39,667 bases of DNA from Stramenopiles sp. TOSAG23-2 (Eukaryota): positions 1 through 39,667 of the forward strand of contig LT649311.1 in assembly GCA_900128395.1 (NCBI GenBank), in the 5' to 3' direction. Below, piece by piece: positions 19,148 to 30,578 of the stretch (position 1 is its first letter; the number at the start of each line of letters is the position of its first letter). Both the position numbers and the translations under genes were made by a program. A model generated the notes under the pieces. The model had not been told where the DNA came from and did no database searches. It was given only the letters and a program-made list of their open reading frames with translations.

Positions 19148-20680
19148 TTATGTTCGTGGTGTTGTAGATTTCTTTTTCATGTTTTGCGGTGTATACCCTG
19201 TATTGTTTCTCCCTCCATTCATGGAAGCATTTAATTTTTCATGTGATTGTCGTCTTAAATTTTTTATTTGTTCAGGTGATAACCATGGGGACGCTTCCCA
19301 ACTAACAATATTATGCAAACCACGTGTTGGTTCATCATCTTCCTCTTCTTCATCATCATCCTCAATATTTATATAATCATCATAATTATTATTTTCATCT
19401 TCAATTACATTGCCATTTTCATCAAATTTTTTACTTAAACGTTTTGGCCTACGTGGTATTTTATCTTTGTAATATAAAAATTGCAACAATATCGTAAAAT
19501 CAAAGCATAATGTGCCTATGGAGCCAACAAGATAAGGCAATGCTTTGATTACTGCAGCTTCATTACGTGCACGTATCAGGATTCCTCCAGCATATGTTAA
19601 ATTTCCCATCACAGCACAGAAAAACATAATAGGTGACAATCCTTCAACTGAACCACGTTTGATATTTTTTAAAATTTGTGGAATACGTGAAAATAGATAT
19701 ATTACAGTAGATACCCATCCAAATACAACTCCGATTGTTTTCTCCCATTGTGGGGAATCATCTTCAGTACACGATGGTGGTCGATGTGCTGGAGGTGCAC
19801 CACGTCCTGCAAACAAATAAAAATGTTTTACATTAAATGATATTTTTTTTGTTTTTGGTTCATTATTATTATTGTTATTAATATCATTGTTGTTATTATT
19901 ATTCGACGATGACTGAAAAAATAATTGTCTTCGTCTGATGTTATAATGTTGTGATGGTATTCTTTGTTGTTGAACCAACATGGCATTATTATTATTATTA
20001 TTATTATACAATTCAATATGTTGGGGTGGAACATTGATTGACATACCCAAAATAGTGAATATACTACAAAATATTAATACAGGTACAAAAGCACCATACA
20101 ATGCTGATGTGGAAGTTCTCCTAGTATTATTATTCATATCCGTACTGCCATAATTGCCATTACCATCTATTCTTACACGTAACAATGGATCTTTCGTTTC
20201 ACCATGATTATCATTGGTAAGGATCCTCAATTTTTTCTTTCTTTTTCTTTTCTTTTTCCTTGCGCAGCAACAGCATCCTTCCAAACATACGTATTGCAAT
20301 AATAAACAAACATCCATGGATACAAATAAAATACTTGTAATTTTCACAGTTGATATTTGATTTGTCAAAAAAGTTGATATTAAGTTCACACTATCACCAA
20401 ACATCCACTGTGCTAAAAACCATACACTCAATGCAGAGGCACTATTGTTTTTACAATTCGTAACAAATTGTGGCCCCTGAGCAAAAATCCAAAACAGTAA
20501 TGACGACAAACCTATAAAAAAACCAATATAATCTCGTTCAATATAAACACAGTCACTAAATATATGTGCAATTAATCGATTATATGGCATGCCATCTTCC
20601 GTACTTGGATCGCATACACATCCATCGACTTGTGGATATGGCGTTGTTGTATTATAATTTGTAATATTATTCATGAACAT
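19148..20680 (-). CDS. PQ-loop repeat transporter, PQLC2/LAAT-1/Ypq-like (lysosomal/vacuolar amino acid transporter)
   Basis: Two PQ loops (WIFAQGPQFVTNCKNNSASALSVWFL..W..GD..NL; YLFSRIPQILKNIKRGSVEGLS..F..A..GNLTY), LPYLVGS.GTL.FD..IL.QF, and a dileucine-like ETKDPLL in the long loop. Confidence 0.88.
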   Translation of the reverse strand: MFMNNITNYNTTTPYPQVDGCVCDPSTEDGMPYNRLIAHIFSDCVYIERDYIGFFIGLSSLLFWIFAQGPQFVTNCKNNSASALSVWFLAQWMFGDSVNLISTFLTNQISTVKITSILFVSMDVCLLLQYVCLEGCCCCARKKKRKRKKKLRILTNDNHGETKDPLLRVRIDGNGNYGSTDMNNNTRRTSTSALYGAFVPVLIFCSIFTILGMSINVPPQHIELYNNNNNNNAMLVQQQRIPSQHYNIRRRQLFFQSSSNNNNNNDINNNNNNEPKTKKISFNVKHFYLFAGRGAPPAHRPPSCTEDDSPQWEKTIGVVFGWVSTVIYLFSRIPQILKNIKRGSVEGLSPIMFFCAVMGNLTYAGGILIRARNEAAVIKALPYLVGSIGTLCFDFTILLQFLYYKDKIPRRPKRLSKKFDENGNVIEDENNNYDDYINIEDDDEEEEDDEPTRGLHNIVSWEASPWLSPEQIKNLRRQSHEKLNASMNGGRNNTGYTPQNMKKKSTTPRT

Positions 20681-21336
20681 GATATGGAAGCATTAGCAGC
20701 AGCAGTAAACTAATCTATCTTCATCCAATATATCTGTATATATCATCTATATCTCTATATATATATATTCAGTTGTCAGTAGATCCTGAAATTATATTGG
20801 AGTACTGTGTGTGTGTGCTAGTCTATCCTGGCCTTATAGGGCTGGCTATACTACAACTGTGAGTTTATTCAGCCTTTTAGCAGGCCTTAGCAGGCGGCAT
20901 ATTGTAATCTATTACAGTATAGGTCCAGGCACACGTTCTGCTTAATTCAAAATGAGCACTAGAACTACACAGCATTACATCATCATGGTTCAAATGATAA
21001 AAGGTAGCTATATGGGCCAGCCCAGCCAGGTATGAGCTGGTTTCTCTCTCTGCTTATACGATTTCCAAATTAGCACATAACTTAAACTAGCTCTATTATT
21101 ATATAGTCTAAAAAATTATCGATGTGTATATGCTCTGTATTTTGATAAAAAAGATGGGAGTTAAAATCTAAAATATTTTATATATGATGGTGTTAAAATC
21201 TAAGTTATAATAATTTTACTTCTCGTGGTAAATAATATGCTCAATACTAAATCTCAAGAATAAATATTCTATCCTACTCGTACTATATAGTGAAGCTCTA
21301 AATGCACGTCTGCATTAAATTCTTCATAATAAAACT

Positions 21337-22392
21337 TCATGCATATTTTATCATAACCAGACCAAAAACTATGCTGATTATACCGATAGCCATAATAAAA
21401 TTGTAATTCTCTTTCAACATAATGATGCCTAATATTGCACCAAAAACAACTGAACATTCACGCAATGCCGTAATGTAACTTGCTTTTGACAATGTCAAAG
21501 CATAGAGAACCATCAAGTAACAACCAGATTTAAAAACAGTTACGACCAGAATATACTTTTTTTTCTCTTTAAACGCAATTTTCAGCTTTTCAAAATTTGT
21601 TTTAATGCATAAGAAATATGGTACAAAAAAACATGTCTCTGTTACCTCCATTATCCAAATATATGTAACGGGGTTAATGTACCCAACGCCAACTTTATCA
21701 ATAATGCTATAACTAGATATTATACAACCAAGAATTAACGCTAGAAATATTGCTCCAAATTTTTCGTTTCTTGTAAAGCAACTTTCTCTTTTAACTTCTT
21801 GTTTTTCTTCATTATTATTTATTTTTTTATTTTTCTTGTCAATTGCACTGGAGGTCAATGGATTTTTGTTATTATAATTATTAACTGTGCTGATTTCCTC
21901 AGGATTATCACTGGTATCGATAACAGTCGGTCCATTTTTAGCCAGTAACATTTTTGCAAATGCCATTAGTGAAATGCCTACTAAAATTATCAGTATTCCA
22001 AAGAAACCTAACAATGAAATAGTTTCTCCAAGTAATGGACGAGCAAAAATAGCAGTTAAACATACACCTGTGCCCCTCGCAATTGGATATACGACTGATA
22101 TATTACCACTGGCATGAGCATACATTAAGCCTACGAAAGCAATGTAAACAATGTGAACAACCCCACTTATGAAGCCATATACTACTCCCAGATTGATAGT
22201 ATTCCCACTATAATCAACAAAAAAGATAGCAGGAAACAATAAAATACTACCGAAAAAACAAGATGAAGCTAGAACAGCTAAATCACCTTTAATAGCTCTT
22301 GTGGCTAGATTCCAAGATGCATGTATGAAAGCACTGAATATTACAATAACAAAAACTATCAATGGCACTCCTCCCTCGTCCGCGTTACTCAT
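21337..22392 (-). CDS. EamA/DMT-superfamily transporter
   Basis: About 10 hydrophobic segments with SAFIHASWNL, SVVYPIARG, YSIIDKVGV and YITALRECSVVFGAILG...LKE. The first ATG is at 22392; the ORF track's 22398 is TTG. Confidence 0.88.
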   Translation of the reverse strand: MSNADEGGVPLIVFVIVIFSAFIHASWNLATRAIKGDLAVLASSCFFGSILLFPAIFFVDYSGNTINLGVVYGFISGVVHIVYIAFVGLMYAHASGNISVVYPIARGTGVCLTAIFARPLLGETISLLGFFGILIILVGISLMAFAKMLLAKNGPTVIDTSDNPEEISTVNNYNNKNPLTSSAIDKKNKKINNNEEKQEVKRESCFTRNEKFGAIFLALILGCIISSYSIIDKVGVGYINPVTYIWIMEVTETCFFVPYFLCIKTNFEKLKIAFKEKKKYILVVTVFKSGCYLMVLYALTLSKASYITALRECSVVFGAILGIIMLKENYNFIMAIGIISIVFGLVMIKYA

Positions 22393-22682
22393 ATACAACC
22401 AATAGTTGGCTACACGGTGTAGAAATTATGTATCTTTTATATACTATAAATATCGTTTTGGTCTGTAGAAAAAATGTAGAAATTTGACAAAGTTTTGCCA
22501 CAGCAGCGAAAACAAATGTGTCGTCCGCATGTGCCTTGCGGGTTTAGGTTTTCTTTTCTTTTAATATATAAATTATTATTTTTTTTTTTTGAAAAAGAAG
22601 AAGAAAGAAAGCTGGAAGAAAGAAGGTGCGTCGTACAGTATTAATAGAAGAGCAAGTTGCCAAGAATAGGTGAAGAAAAGTA

Positions 22683-22700
22683 TAGAGAGGATCCTCTCTA
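22683..22700. repeat. Perfect 18-bp palindrome TAGAGAGGATCCTCTCTA
   Basis: Self-reverse-complementary, located in the divergent intergenic region between the EamA gene and the IQ-motif gene. Confidence 0.9.
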
Positions 22701-23078
22701 AAGAAAAGCCGGAAAGCCTAGAAAGCAAAATCTGGCAATAGGGACGGCATAGCATAAGCAGACGACACGAATTATTATTGTACCATGATCATAGTATTAG
22801 TAGTACTACATTTTACATTTTATACCATATTTTTTTATACCATACTAATACAATAGAGCTATACAGTACAGGTACTGTATACAATAACTCTGTATTATAC
22901 ACATATATTTATACACATATAATATATGTATCTGTTACGAAAGGTGTAAAGTACACATTTTTATGCGCAATTAATACATATATATATATATATACACATT
23001 GAAAGATAGATGTAATATAGATATACACGTATAAAACACTACGTACATAACCACAATATCCTTCTTTGCAAACAAAAC

Positions 23079-24300
23079 ATGGATACATTACACAAAGCAG
23101 CGACGAATATACAACGGATTACACGTGGTCATATAACACGTATTAATAAATGGAATTATATACAAGTGGAAGCGTTTATCCCTGATTTCTTCGATCCAAA
23201 TGGACGAGTTTCTACCCCAGCTATACCAACAGAATTATTATTACCAATACGTTTCCATCGTGAAGATTGTTTATTTAAAGTTGATGTCATTTATGATGAT
23301 AAAAATAATGCATATTGTTTTATATTTGTAGAAGATATTAAAATGAAAATGTATACACTTGTACAAACATGAACAAAAAGAAGAAAAAAATAAATTGTTA
23401 AAAATGTCACAAGACGGTGGTTTTGATTATACGAGTTCTGATTTCTTTAACAACGAATCCTTATCCGATGAAGAATATCGCTTGGCATCCTTTGCGGCGA
23501 TTGAAAAGAACAAAAATAGCAACAAGGATGACGATATATTATCGGATGATGAAGATGAACCATTAATTGCTGCTGTAACACCTCAAGCATCCAAAAGAAT
23601 TAAAAAAAAGAAAAAGAAAGAATCAAAATTAGTCGCATCGAATGTGTTGAACGCGCATGAATCAGAAGAAACGTTGAAGATTCTTGTTGAGAATTTAGAA
23701 ACAAGTGATTTAGAAGTCGCTAAAGCTGATTTAGAAAGATGGGAACGGGTACAAGAAAGGAGAGAGCGCGTTGTTACCCCGAAATTACCAAAACTATTGC
23801 CAAAATTAAAAAGTCATGGTCAAAGTCCAAGCCAATCTAATATTCGTTTTGCACCAATCGTTAGAACAGAGAAAAAGACCCGCAATGGAATAGTAGAAGA
23901 GTGGCGTGTTATGACGCCTTTGCCATTGGAAGTACTTCAAGAGCAAGCTTTGAAGAAAACAAAGAAGAGGCGAAAAGGGAAGAACAATGGGTATTTGAAA
24001 ATGATTACAAAGTTAAGAAAACAACGAAGAGTTGATAATTATGCTGCAGTATATTCATTACCTATGAAAGAAACAATATCACCACGATCACCTCGTGAAA
24101 AAGTAGCAGAGGCATTGCGTAAATTGAAGCAATTAGAGGAAGCTAGAATAAGAGAATCAAATTTATTTGATAGTCTAACTCAACGTAATGAAGAAATGCA
24201 AATGGTAGAAGAAGGAAAACAAGCTGATCCAACTGTAAGCTTATATCGAAAAGCGTGGTTATTGCAACAACAACAACAACAACAGAAAGGGAGATGGTGA
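23079..24300 (+). CDS. IQ-motif protein split across two frames (23079-23372 and 23347-24300, +1 shift)
   Basis: KAATNIQRITRGHITR is an IQ motif. The downstream frame is coding-like (acidic, basic and coiled-coil segments). The frames overlap and no strong splice donor joins them. Confidence 0.55.
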
Positions 24301-24556
24301 AGGGTGTGAAGAGAGAAAAGAAAAAATTTTGAAAATAAATTTTTCTTAAAATACGTCGTATTAAAATTTAAAATATCTTTAGAGAGTTTATATAACGTAT
24401 AAAAAATGTACACAAAGCCAAGAAAGAAGCGTAAATATTACGACTCGTACACACACACACACGCCCTCCTGTATTTTTATTTTAAAATAAAATTTTTTGT
24501 ATTCGTATATTTTTTTAGAGGACAGAGGACACTCTAAAAATTTAAAAAAATACATT

Positions 24557-25531
24557 TTAATACGTATCTAATACTGCTTGTGTTGACTTTAAATCGTTTT
24601 TTCTTCGTTGAATTATTTCCTCGTCTGTTTGGAAGGAATAAGCCTTATGAGAAAGCATTATAAATTTATGCAAATCATCCATTGTTTTTAATTTTAATTC
24701 TTTCAATTTATTAAAATGTTCAAGCGAGGTTTTTTCTTTTTTTATACGTTGTTCTATTTGTTTTGAAGACATGCCATCATTATTAACTTCCATAAAAGCT
24801 AATTTATATTTACTAGTAGTAGGATGCATGGACGATTGTGACACTGATGACGGCGCGGAAAAAAAGAAGAAAAAGCCATTATTATTATCATTTTTCTTCG
24901 TGTTTATTATTTTTCCTGATGGTAAATTGAAGATATGCGTAAAAATCGATTTTGTACGTTCTATGTGAAATTTATTTGTTATAATCAACAATCTTTTTAG
25001 ATCAGCAATATCTGTATGCATTAATCTAGTTGCTACCGCATTTCCTATTGTATCAAAACTCCAACACTCTAATAAAATTCTATCTTTTTTTATATCTCCT
25101 AGGGAATACAAATATTGTGCACTAGCTTTACATTCATCAATTTCATACCCATTTTGATCTAGTTTTGGTGGTAAATGAGTAGTCCCTCTTGAAAGGGTAA
25201 TAAAATATTTTGCTTCATGTCTTGAATTCCATGCTTTTTTAAGACGTGCTTGGACAAATGAATGCGGTCTTCCATCTTTTGTTAAACCACCCCCAGGAAT
25301 TATTATAGCATCGTACATATATTTCTTATCGAAATTGCCTTTTAAATTCTTTTTCTTTATATTTCGTTTATTCTCTTCATAGTTGGATTTGTTGTATTTC
25401 GCAAAAGATATAATGATAAATAAAAATGATAATAAAAATAATGGAATTGTAATGTAGCCATTTCGTTTAATCAAAATAATCAATAATTTATCCCTACCAC
25501 ATTGCCTACCTCCTTTTACCCCACGCTTCAT
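24557..25531 (-). CDS. DUF218 (YdcF/ElyC/SanA-like) protein with N-terminal membrane anchor
   Basis: DAIIIPGGG, ARL, LSRGTTH, ECWSFDTIGNA and IITNKFHIER motifs. Confidence 0.85.
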   Translation of the reverse strand: MKRGVKGGRQCGRDKLLIILIKRNGYITIPLFLLSFLFIIISFAKYNKSNYEENKRNIKKKNLKGNFDKKYMYDAIIIPGGGLTKDGRPHSFVQARLKKAWNSRHEAKYFITLSRGTTHLPPKLDQNGYEIDECKASAQYLYSLGDIKKDRILLECWSFDTIGNAVATRLMHTDIADLKRLLIITNKFHIERTKSIFTHIFNLPSGKIINTKKNDNNNGFFFFFSAPSSVSQSSMHPTTSKYKLAFMEVNNDGMSSKQIEQRIKKEKTSLEHFNKLKELKLKTMDDLHKFIMLSHKAYSFQTDEEIIQRRKNDLKSTQAVLDTY

Positions 25532-25824
25532 ATCTCTATATTTGGGTTTGGCTTGGTTGTATGTTATACGTATATGTGTTATGTGCGTATATAATATATG
25601 TTTTTGTTTTGTGTGTGTATTTTGTATATATTATTATATATATATATATACTGTTGGGGTTATACCTAGTATAAGTATAAATGTTGTTCGCAAATTCAAA
25701 ACCTAAATCTTATATTATTATATAAACTATACTGAGACAAGGGAAAAAATAAAAAATACACAGATAATAGATAATATAAATCGTATACATACATGTATAT
25801 ATAAAGATTATTTAAACAATAATA

Positions 25825-26721
25825 ATGTGTGAGGAAAGAATTAAAGAGACAAATAATTATATTACATATGTCCAGCGACTTGTGCAAGGTGGATTATTAG
25901 GTCATAATGAAAATAAAATATTATACCCATTTGCAAGTGTTAAATGGAAAGAAAGAAAAGATATAATATTGTCCAATAATAATTGGATTGATCCATCAAA
26001 TCGTAGTATTATTAATAATAATGGATTCATTTTGCCCTTTGTTACAAATGATAAACATTGGTGGACATCGTTTTTTAATAAGAATAATAACTATTCATGC
26101 ATTAATTTTTTGTTTATATGGCTTTGTACAGAAAAACATGACAAAATATTTGTATATAATATTTTTGAATCCTCTGATAATAATGTAACAATATTAAAAA
26201 AAAAACAATATATTGATGCATTTTTATTTTCACTTTCAACCATAATAGAAGCGTTTAATAATTGTATATCCTTATCAAATATATCAATGGATCATTTGAA
26301 TTGTTTAATATTTATAAACTATTTAAAAGAAATTAAAGTCATGGATGATGTTAAAATATTAGTTGAAAAACAAATAGAAAAAGGTATCGATCGATTAAAC
26401 GTAATTTATAACATGTATGTAAAATTTCAAATAATGAATCGAAATTATGATAAAAACATTAATACTAATGGTTCCATTTTAATAAATGCAATTGATAATC
26501 TATGGAAAAAAACAATTGATGGTGAAGCGACAATTAACATTGAAACAGAAGAATTAATTTTGGAAAAAACATTAAAAGAATTTAAGTTGGATGAAAATTT
26601 ATGTGCAAAAGAACGATTAAAATTGTATAAAGAAACATGTCCAAATATAATAGAACCAATTGTAAGACGTTTGTATTTAAAGAAATTAATATCAATGGAA
26701 AATTTATTAGAAATCATATGA
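25825..26721 (+). CDS. Hypothetical protein (298 aa)
   Basis: Long ATG-initiated ORF in very AT-rich DNA; no recognised domain. Confidence 0.6.
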   Translation: MCEERIKETNNYITYVQRLVQGGLLGHNENKILYPFASVKWKERKDIILSNNNWIDPSNRSIINNNGFILPFVTNDKHWWTSFFNKNNNYSCINFLFIWLCTEKHDKIFVYNIFESSDNNVTILKKKQYIDAFLFSLSTIIEAFNNCISLSNISMDHLNCLIFINYLKEIKVMDDVKILVEKQIEKGIDRLNVIYNMYVKFQIMNRNYDKNINTNGSILINAIDNLWKKTIDGEATINIETEELILEKTLKEFKLDENLCAKERLKLYKETCPNIIEPIVRRLYLKKLISMENLLEII

Positions 26722-26872
26722 GTGATGTGTATGATATGGTGGAGAGTTTTAAATGGAGGCTGGATTGGGAGAGAGAGGGTTATTATTTGACAGACGACAT
26801 TACAATATATATGATGGATATATATATTATATATATATATATATATATATTATATTAAACAATAATTTTTTA

Positions 26873-27790
26873 TTATTTGCGCAATCGACTACTTCTTCTA
26901 GTACCAACAGCTTTTGGTTTCTTTGTTGCTGCTTTTTTCTTTGTTGTTGTTTTTGCTCTTTTCTTTTTTGGTTTTTCAACAACTTCTTCTTCTTCTTTTT
27001 CGATTACAACTGCAGCAACTTTCTTTTTTTTACCTTTCTTTGCTTTACTACCAGTAGTTTTCTTTTTAGTATCTACCTCCATCGTTTTATTTGAATATCC
27101 AGAAAAATCATAATCAATGCCTAATGCTTGTAATTTTTGTCGTTTCTTTTCTTCTTTTGATAAAGCTCGTTTTTTCATCTTTTCTTTTTGTTCATCATTC
27201 CTATCAGCATTTTGTCTTTGTTTTGCGATTAAACGCCATGGCTTCAATTTAAATTTACCTTCTGCTCCTTTAAATAAATCAGGATGAACTTTTTTTGCTG
27301 GAATAGTATGGCAAACTAAAACACGACCAACTAAGATGTAGCCATTCATTGTACGCGCAACAATACTAGCATCCTCTGCACTATCGAATTCAATGTATGC
27401 ATATGATTTGGAACGACCTGTTTTTTTATTGCGTGATAAACGTAATCTAGTCACTTCCCCAAATTGTGAAAAGAAACTTCTCATTTGATCTTCATAAAAA
27501 CCATGTGGTATATGACCAAGATAAATAACACCTTTTTTTGGCTTTTTTCCTTTTTTCTTGCTTTTATTTTTTTTCGACATATTGGTTTTACTTGTATCAT
27601 TGTTACTATTACTTTCTTCTTTTTTCTGTTTAATAGCACGCATTTCTGCAAATACTTTTCTTGCTGCATTATTTAATGCAGTTTCGTTTTCCACTGCAGT
27701 AGTTGTAGTAGTAGTAGTAGTAGTTGTTGTTACTTCTTCTGATTCTGCAGATGACTCAACTACATGTTGTTTTCTTTTTTTACCAGGCAT
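26873..27790 (-). CDS. NIFK: NIFK/Nop15-like nucleolar RRM protein (60S biogenesis)
   Basis: GVIYLGHIPHGFYEDQMRSFFSQFGEVTRLRLSRNKKTGRSKSYAYIEF...TMNGYIL...VHPDLFKGA and KLQALGIDYDF, with Lys-rich tails. Confidence 0.92.
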   Translation of the reverse strand: MPGKKRKQHVVESSAESEEVTTTTTTTTTTTAVENETALNNAARKVFAEMRAIKQKKEESNSNNDTSKTNMSKKNKSKKKGKKPKKGVIYLGHIPHGFYEDQMRSFFSQFGEVTRLRLSRNKKTGRSKSYAYIEFDSAEDASIVARTMNGYILVGRVLVCHTIPAKKVHPDLFKGAEGKFKLKPWRLIAKQRQNADRNDEQKEKMKKRALSKEEKKRQKLQALGIDYDFSGYSNKTMEVDTKKKTTGSKAKKGKKKKVAAVVIEKEEEEVVEKPKKKRAKTTTKKKAATKKPKAVGTRRSSRLRK

Positions 27791-28293
27791 ATTTTATATT
27801 GTGTATGTTATGTATATGTTTTTAGTTGGTTGTGGGGTATGATATTATCTGATTATACGGTAATATAATTGATAATGATGATGATGTGATTGTTGTTTAT
27901 CTATATATCTATATCTATGTATGTATGTCTATTCTATATGTATATATGTTGGGGATAAATGGATGGTGATAAGTGAAGTGAGCCAGTGAGGAAGGTTTCG
28001 TGTCTAACATCAAAATAGCACTGGTGAATCATCAAGTACAACCATTAGTAGAATAGAATAATGTATCCTATGTATAAAAATGCTGTATGCTGTATCGGCG
28101 TATCATCATTGTATCACCTCACAATATCAACAACAAATACTGGGGCGACTTCTATTCTTCTTCTCTCCATAACTTCCATGCTGATTTAAAGTTTGATTAC
28201 TTACTTTAACAGTTACACCTAAAACATTTTTTGCGAAGTCTGCTAAAGTCAAACTAGTATCGTGATCTTCATTGTGTTTATTTCTGGTGCGAT

Positions 28294-29355
28294 TCAAACG
28301 TTGATAGAGTGTGTATATCTTTCGATTGTTTGTGTACCTTTTCTGTAACGTGCAGTTTGTTCAAGTTCTTTTATAACAGTTGTTGGTTTACCTCTTCTGA
28401 TACGATCACGTTCTTGATAAATGTTGCCATTTACATCTGTGTATGTCGGTTTGACATTTAAAATGCTGTGCGTTCCAGCCATTACACCGAAACCTTGGCT
28501 AATTTGCGATTTAGCTCCACCGGAGCATTCTTTCGTTGCAATTTGATCATCTGGAATTTGTACAACTTCAACCATTTCTGTTACTGCTTTGGATGTATTG
28601 TTGCTATTCACAGGTGTGGAAATTTCTACTTCAATTGTTTTTTTGTTACGGTCAAAATAATCTTCATAATATGCAGTTAATTCATCAATCTTAGTTACGA
28701 TTTTTTCCGGCGTTAAAATTTCTGTTAACGTTGTTTCTGCTTTTACATCTTGTCCCCATACTTTATCTATCCAAGCTTGAACAGCTGCTGCACCTCCCAT
28801 TGTGTAAACAAAACGTTTATATATTTCCTCTGCATATTTTAAATCGTTACAAGTTGTAACATCGATTTTTTCAATAAATAATTTTGCTTTTGCTGCTGCT
28901 TCTTTATTTTTTCTAATACGTCCAGTTTTTGTGTCGCGAAAAATTTCTGGGTAAACGTTTTGTTCTGAATACCTCGATACAATCACATTACATATGATTG
29001 CTAAAGCATTTTTCAACGGTGTGATAAATGGATAAATGGATTCACTGCAGCTTTTTTTATAAACACAATGCCTGTCTATTTTTTTGTACAAAACTTTTAC
29101 AACTTGACTTTGTATTTTATGATTAATAAGTTTTTTTAACAATTGAACATAATGTTCATTTGTTTTTGTTACAACTCTTCTTATGGTAGTCATACTGTTA
29201 TCCCATTCTTCACCTTTCATGGGAACATTATGATTTTCATGGAAATAGGATGACTGTTCATGAGGATCATGGGTGTGTTTGAAGCCAATCATATGTGGGA
29301 AATATAAGTTAAAGATTTTATTTATGATACTTGTACTGTTATATTCGATATACAT
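28294..29355 (-). CDS. Orphan ORF (353 aa), possibly the core of a disrupted gene or pseudogene
   Basis: Long open frame with no recognised domain. The start lies in a TA microsatellite, and coding-like frames flank both ends in other phases. Confidence 0.5.
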   Translation of the reverse strand: MYIEYNSTSIINKIFNLYFPHMIGFKHTHDPHEQSSYFHENHNVPMKGEEWDNSMTTIRRVVTKTNEHYVQLLKKLINHKIQSQVVKVLYKKIDRHCVYKKSCSESIYPFITPLKNALAIICNVIVSRYSEQNVYPEIFRDTKTGRIRKNKEAAAKAKLFIEKIDVTTCNDLKYAEEIYKRFVYTMGGAAAVQAWIDKVWGQDVKAETTLTEILTPEKIVTKIDELTAYYEDYFDRNKKTIEVEISTPVNSNNTSKAVTEMVEVVQIPDDQIATKECSGGAKSQISQGFGVMAGTHSILNVKPTYTDVNGNIYQERDRIRRGKPTTVIKELEQTARYRKGTQTIERYTHSINV

Positions 29356-29825
29356 ATATATGTATATATATGGACCATGTATCAGCCCAAATACCGCTTC
29401 AGGTAAAAAAACAACAAATGCCCAACGAAAAAAAAGCTATACATACAACTGGAACAAATCCATTGCATTAAACAAACAAATTACATTTTGGATGATTCAT
29501 TGCAAACGCTGGTGGGAGTGTGGACACATTTTTCATTTTTTCATGTTCCGATGAGGGTTCATGATGCTATGTCCCTGCTATCTGGCTATGGCCCGATGAC
29601 AAACTTACACTCATATATATAATAGCATGATCATATCATTACACAACACACCTTATGCTTCATCAACAACCACAAATTACAATAACTCACATCAATCATC
29701 ATATAATTTTAGTTAGTGTGCATACCAGCATACATATATACGACTAAGCACTATGCATAGATAGAAGAGAAGAGAATATACATACATATAAATATACATA
29801 TACATAAACAACAACAAAAACAGCC

Positions 29826-30578
29826 ATGGCAAATATAACAATTGGAAATTTAAATACACCTACCAATAATTCATCCTCACCATCTTCTTCTTCCTCCAAT
29901 GGCAATAACAATAATAATAATATCATGCGAGGCTTTGCTCCAGTAGTTATTGGTGTAGCTGGTGGTACTGGATGTGGTAAATCATCTTTAGCAAAACGTA
30001 TACTATCAGGTCTTGGTGAAGAAAACGTAACAACGTTATGCCATGATTTCTATTACAAAGATATATCGCACTTATCATTGGAAGAAAGGGCAAAGAATAA
30101 TTTTGATCATCCACATGCATTAGATACAAAATTACTAGTAGAACATGTTGAAAAATTAAAACGTGGTGAAAGTGTCGAGGTACCAAGGTATAATTTCAGT
30201 ACACATAGTCGAGAAGACATAACGGTGTTAACAAAACCAAAATCTATTATCTTAGTTGAAGGTATATTGATTTTCACAGATCCATCATTACGTAAACAGA
30301 TGGATATCAAAATATATGTAGATACACAACCAGATATTCGTTTTATTCGACGATTACAACGTGATATATCTGAACGTGGTAGAACAACTGAATCAGTTAT
30401 CCAACAATATCTAACAACTGTAAAACCAATGCATGATGAATTTGTAGAACCAACAAAAAGGTTTGCAGATGTTATTATTCCAAATGATCAAAACAATGGA
30501 TTAAATGAAACTGCTGTTAGTATGGTATTATCGCGTTTACATCGTATATTAGATGGGAATGAACCATATGGCTGTTAA
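29826..30578 (+). CDS. udk: Uridine/cytidine kinase
   Basis: VIGVAGGTGCGKS P-loop, HDFYYKD, NFDHPHALD, ILVEGILIF, DIRFIRRLQRDISERGRT and FVEPTKRFADVIIP. Confidence 0.95.
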   Translation: MANITIGNLNTPTNNSSSPSSSSSNGNNNNNNIMRGFAPVVIGVAGGTGCGKSSLAKRILSGLGEENVTTLCHDFYYKDISHLSLEERAKNNFDHPHALDTKLLVEHVEKLKRGESVEVPRYNFSTHSREDITVLTKPKSIILVEGILIFTDPSLRKQMDIKIYVDTQPDIRFIRRLQRDISERGRTTESVIQQYLTTVKPMHDEFVEPTKRFADVIIPNDQNNGLNETAVSMVLSRLHRILDGNEPYGC

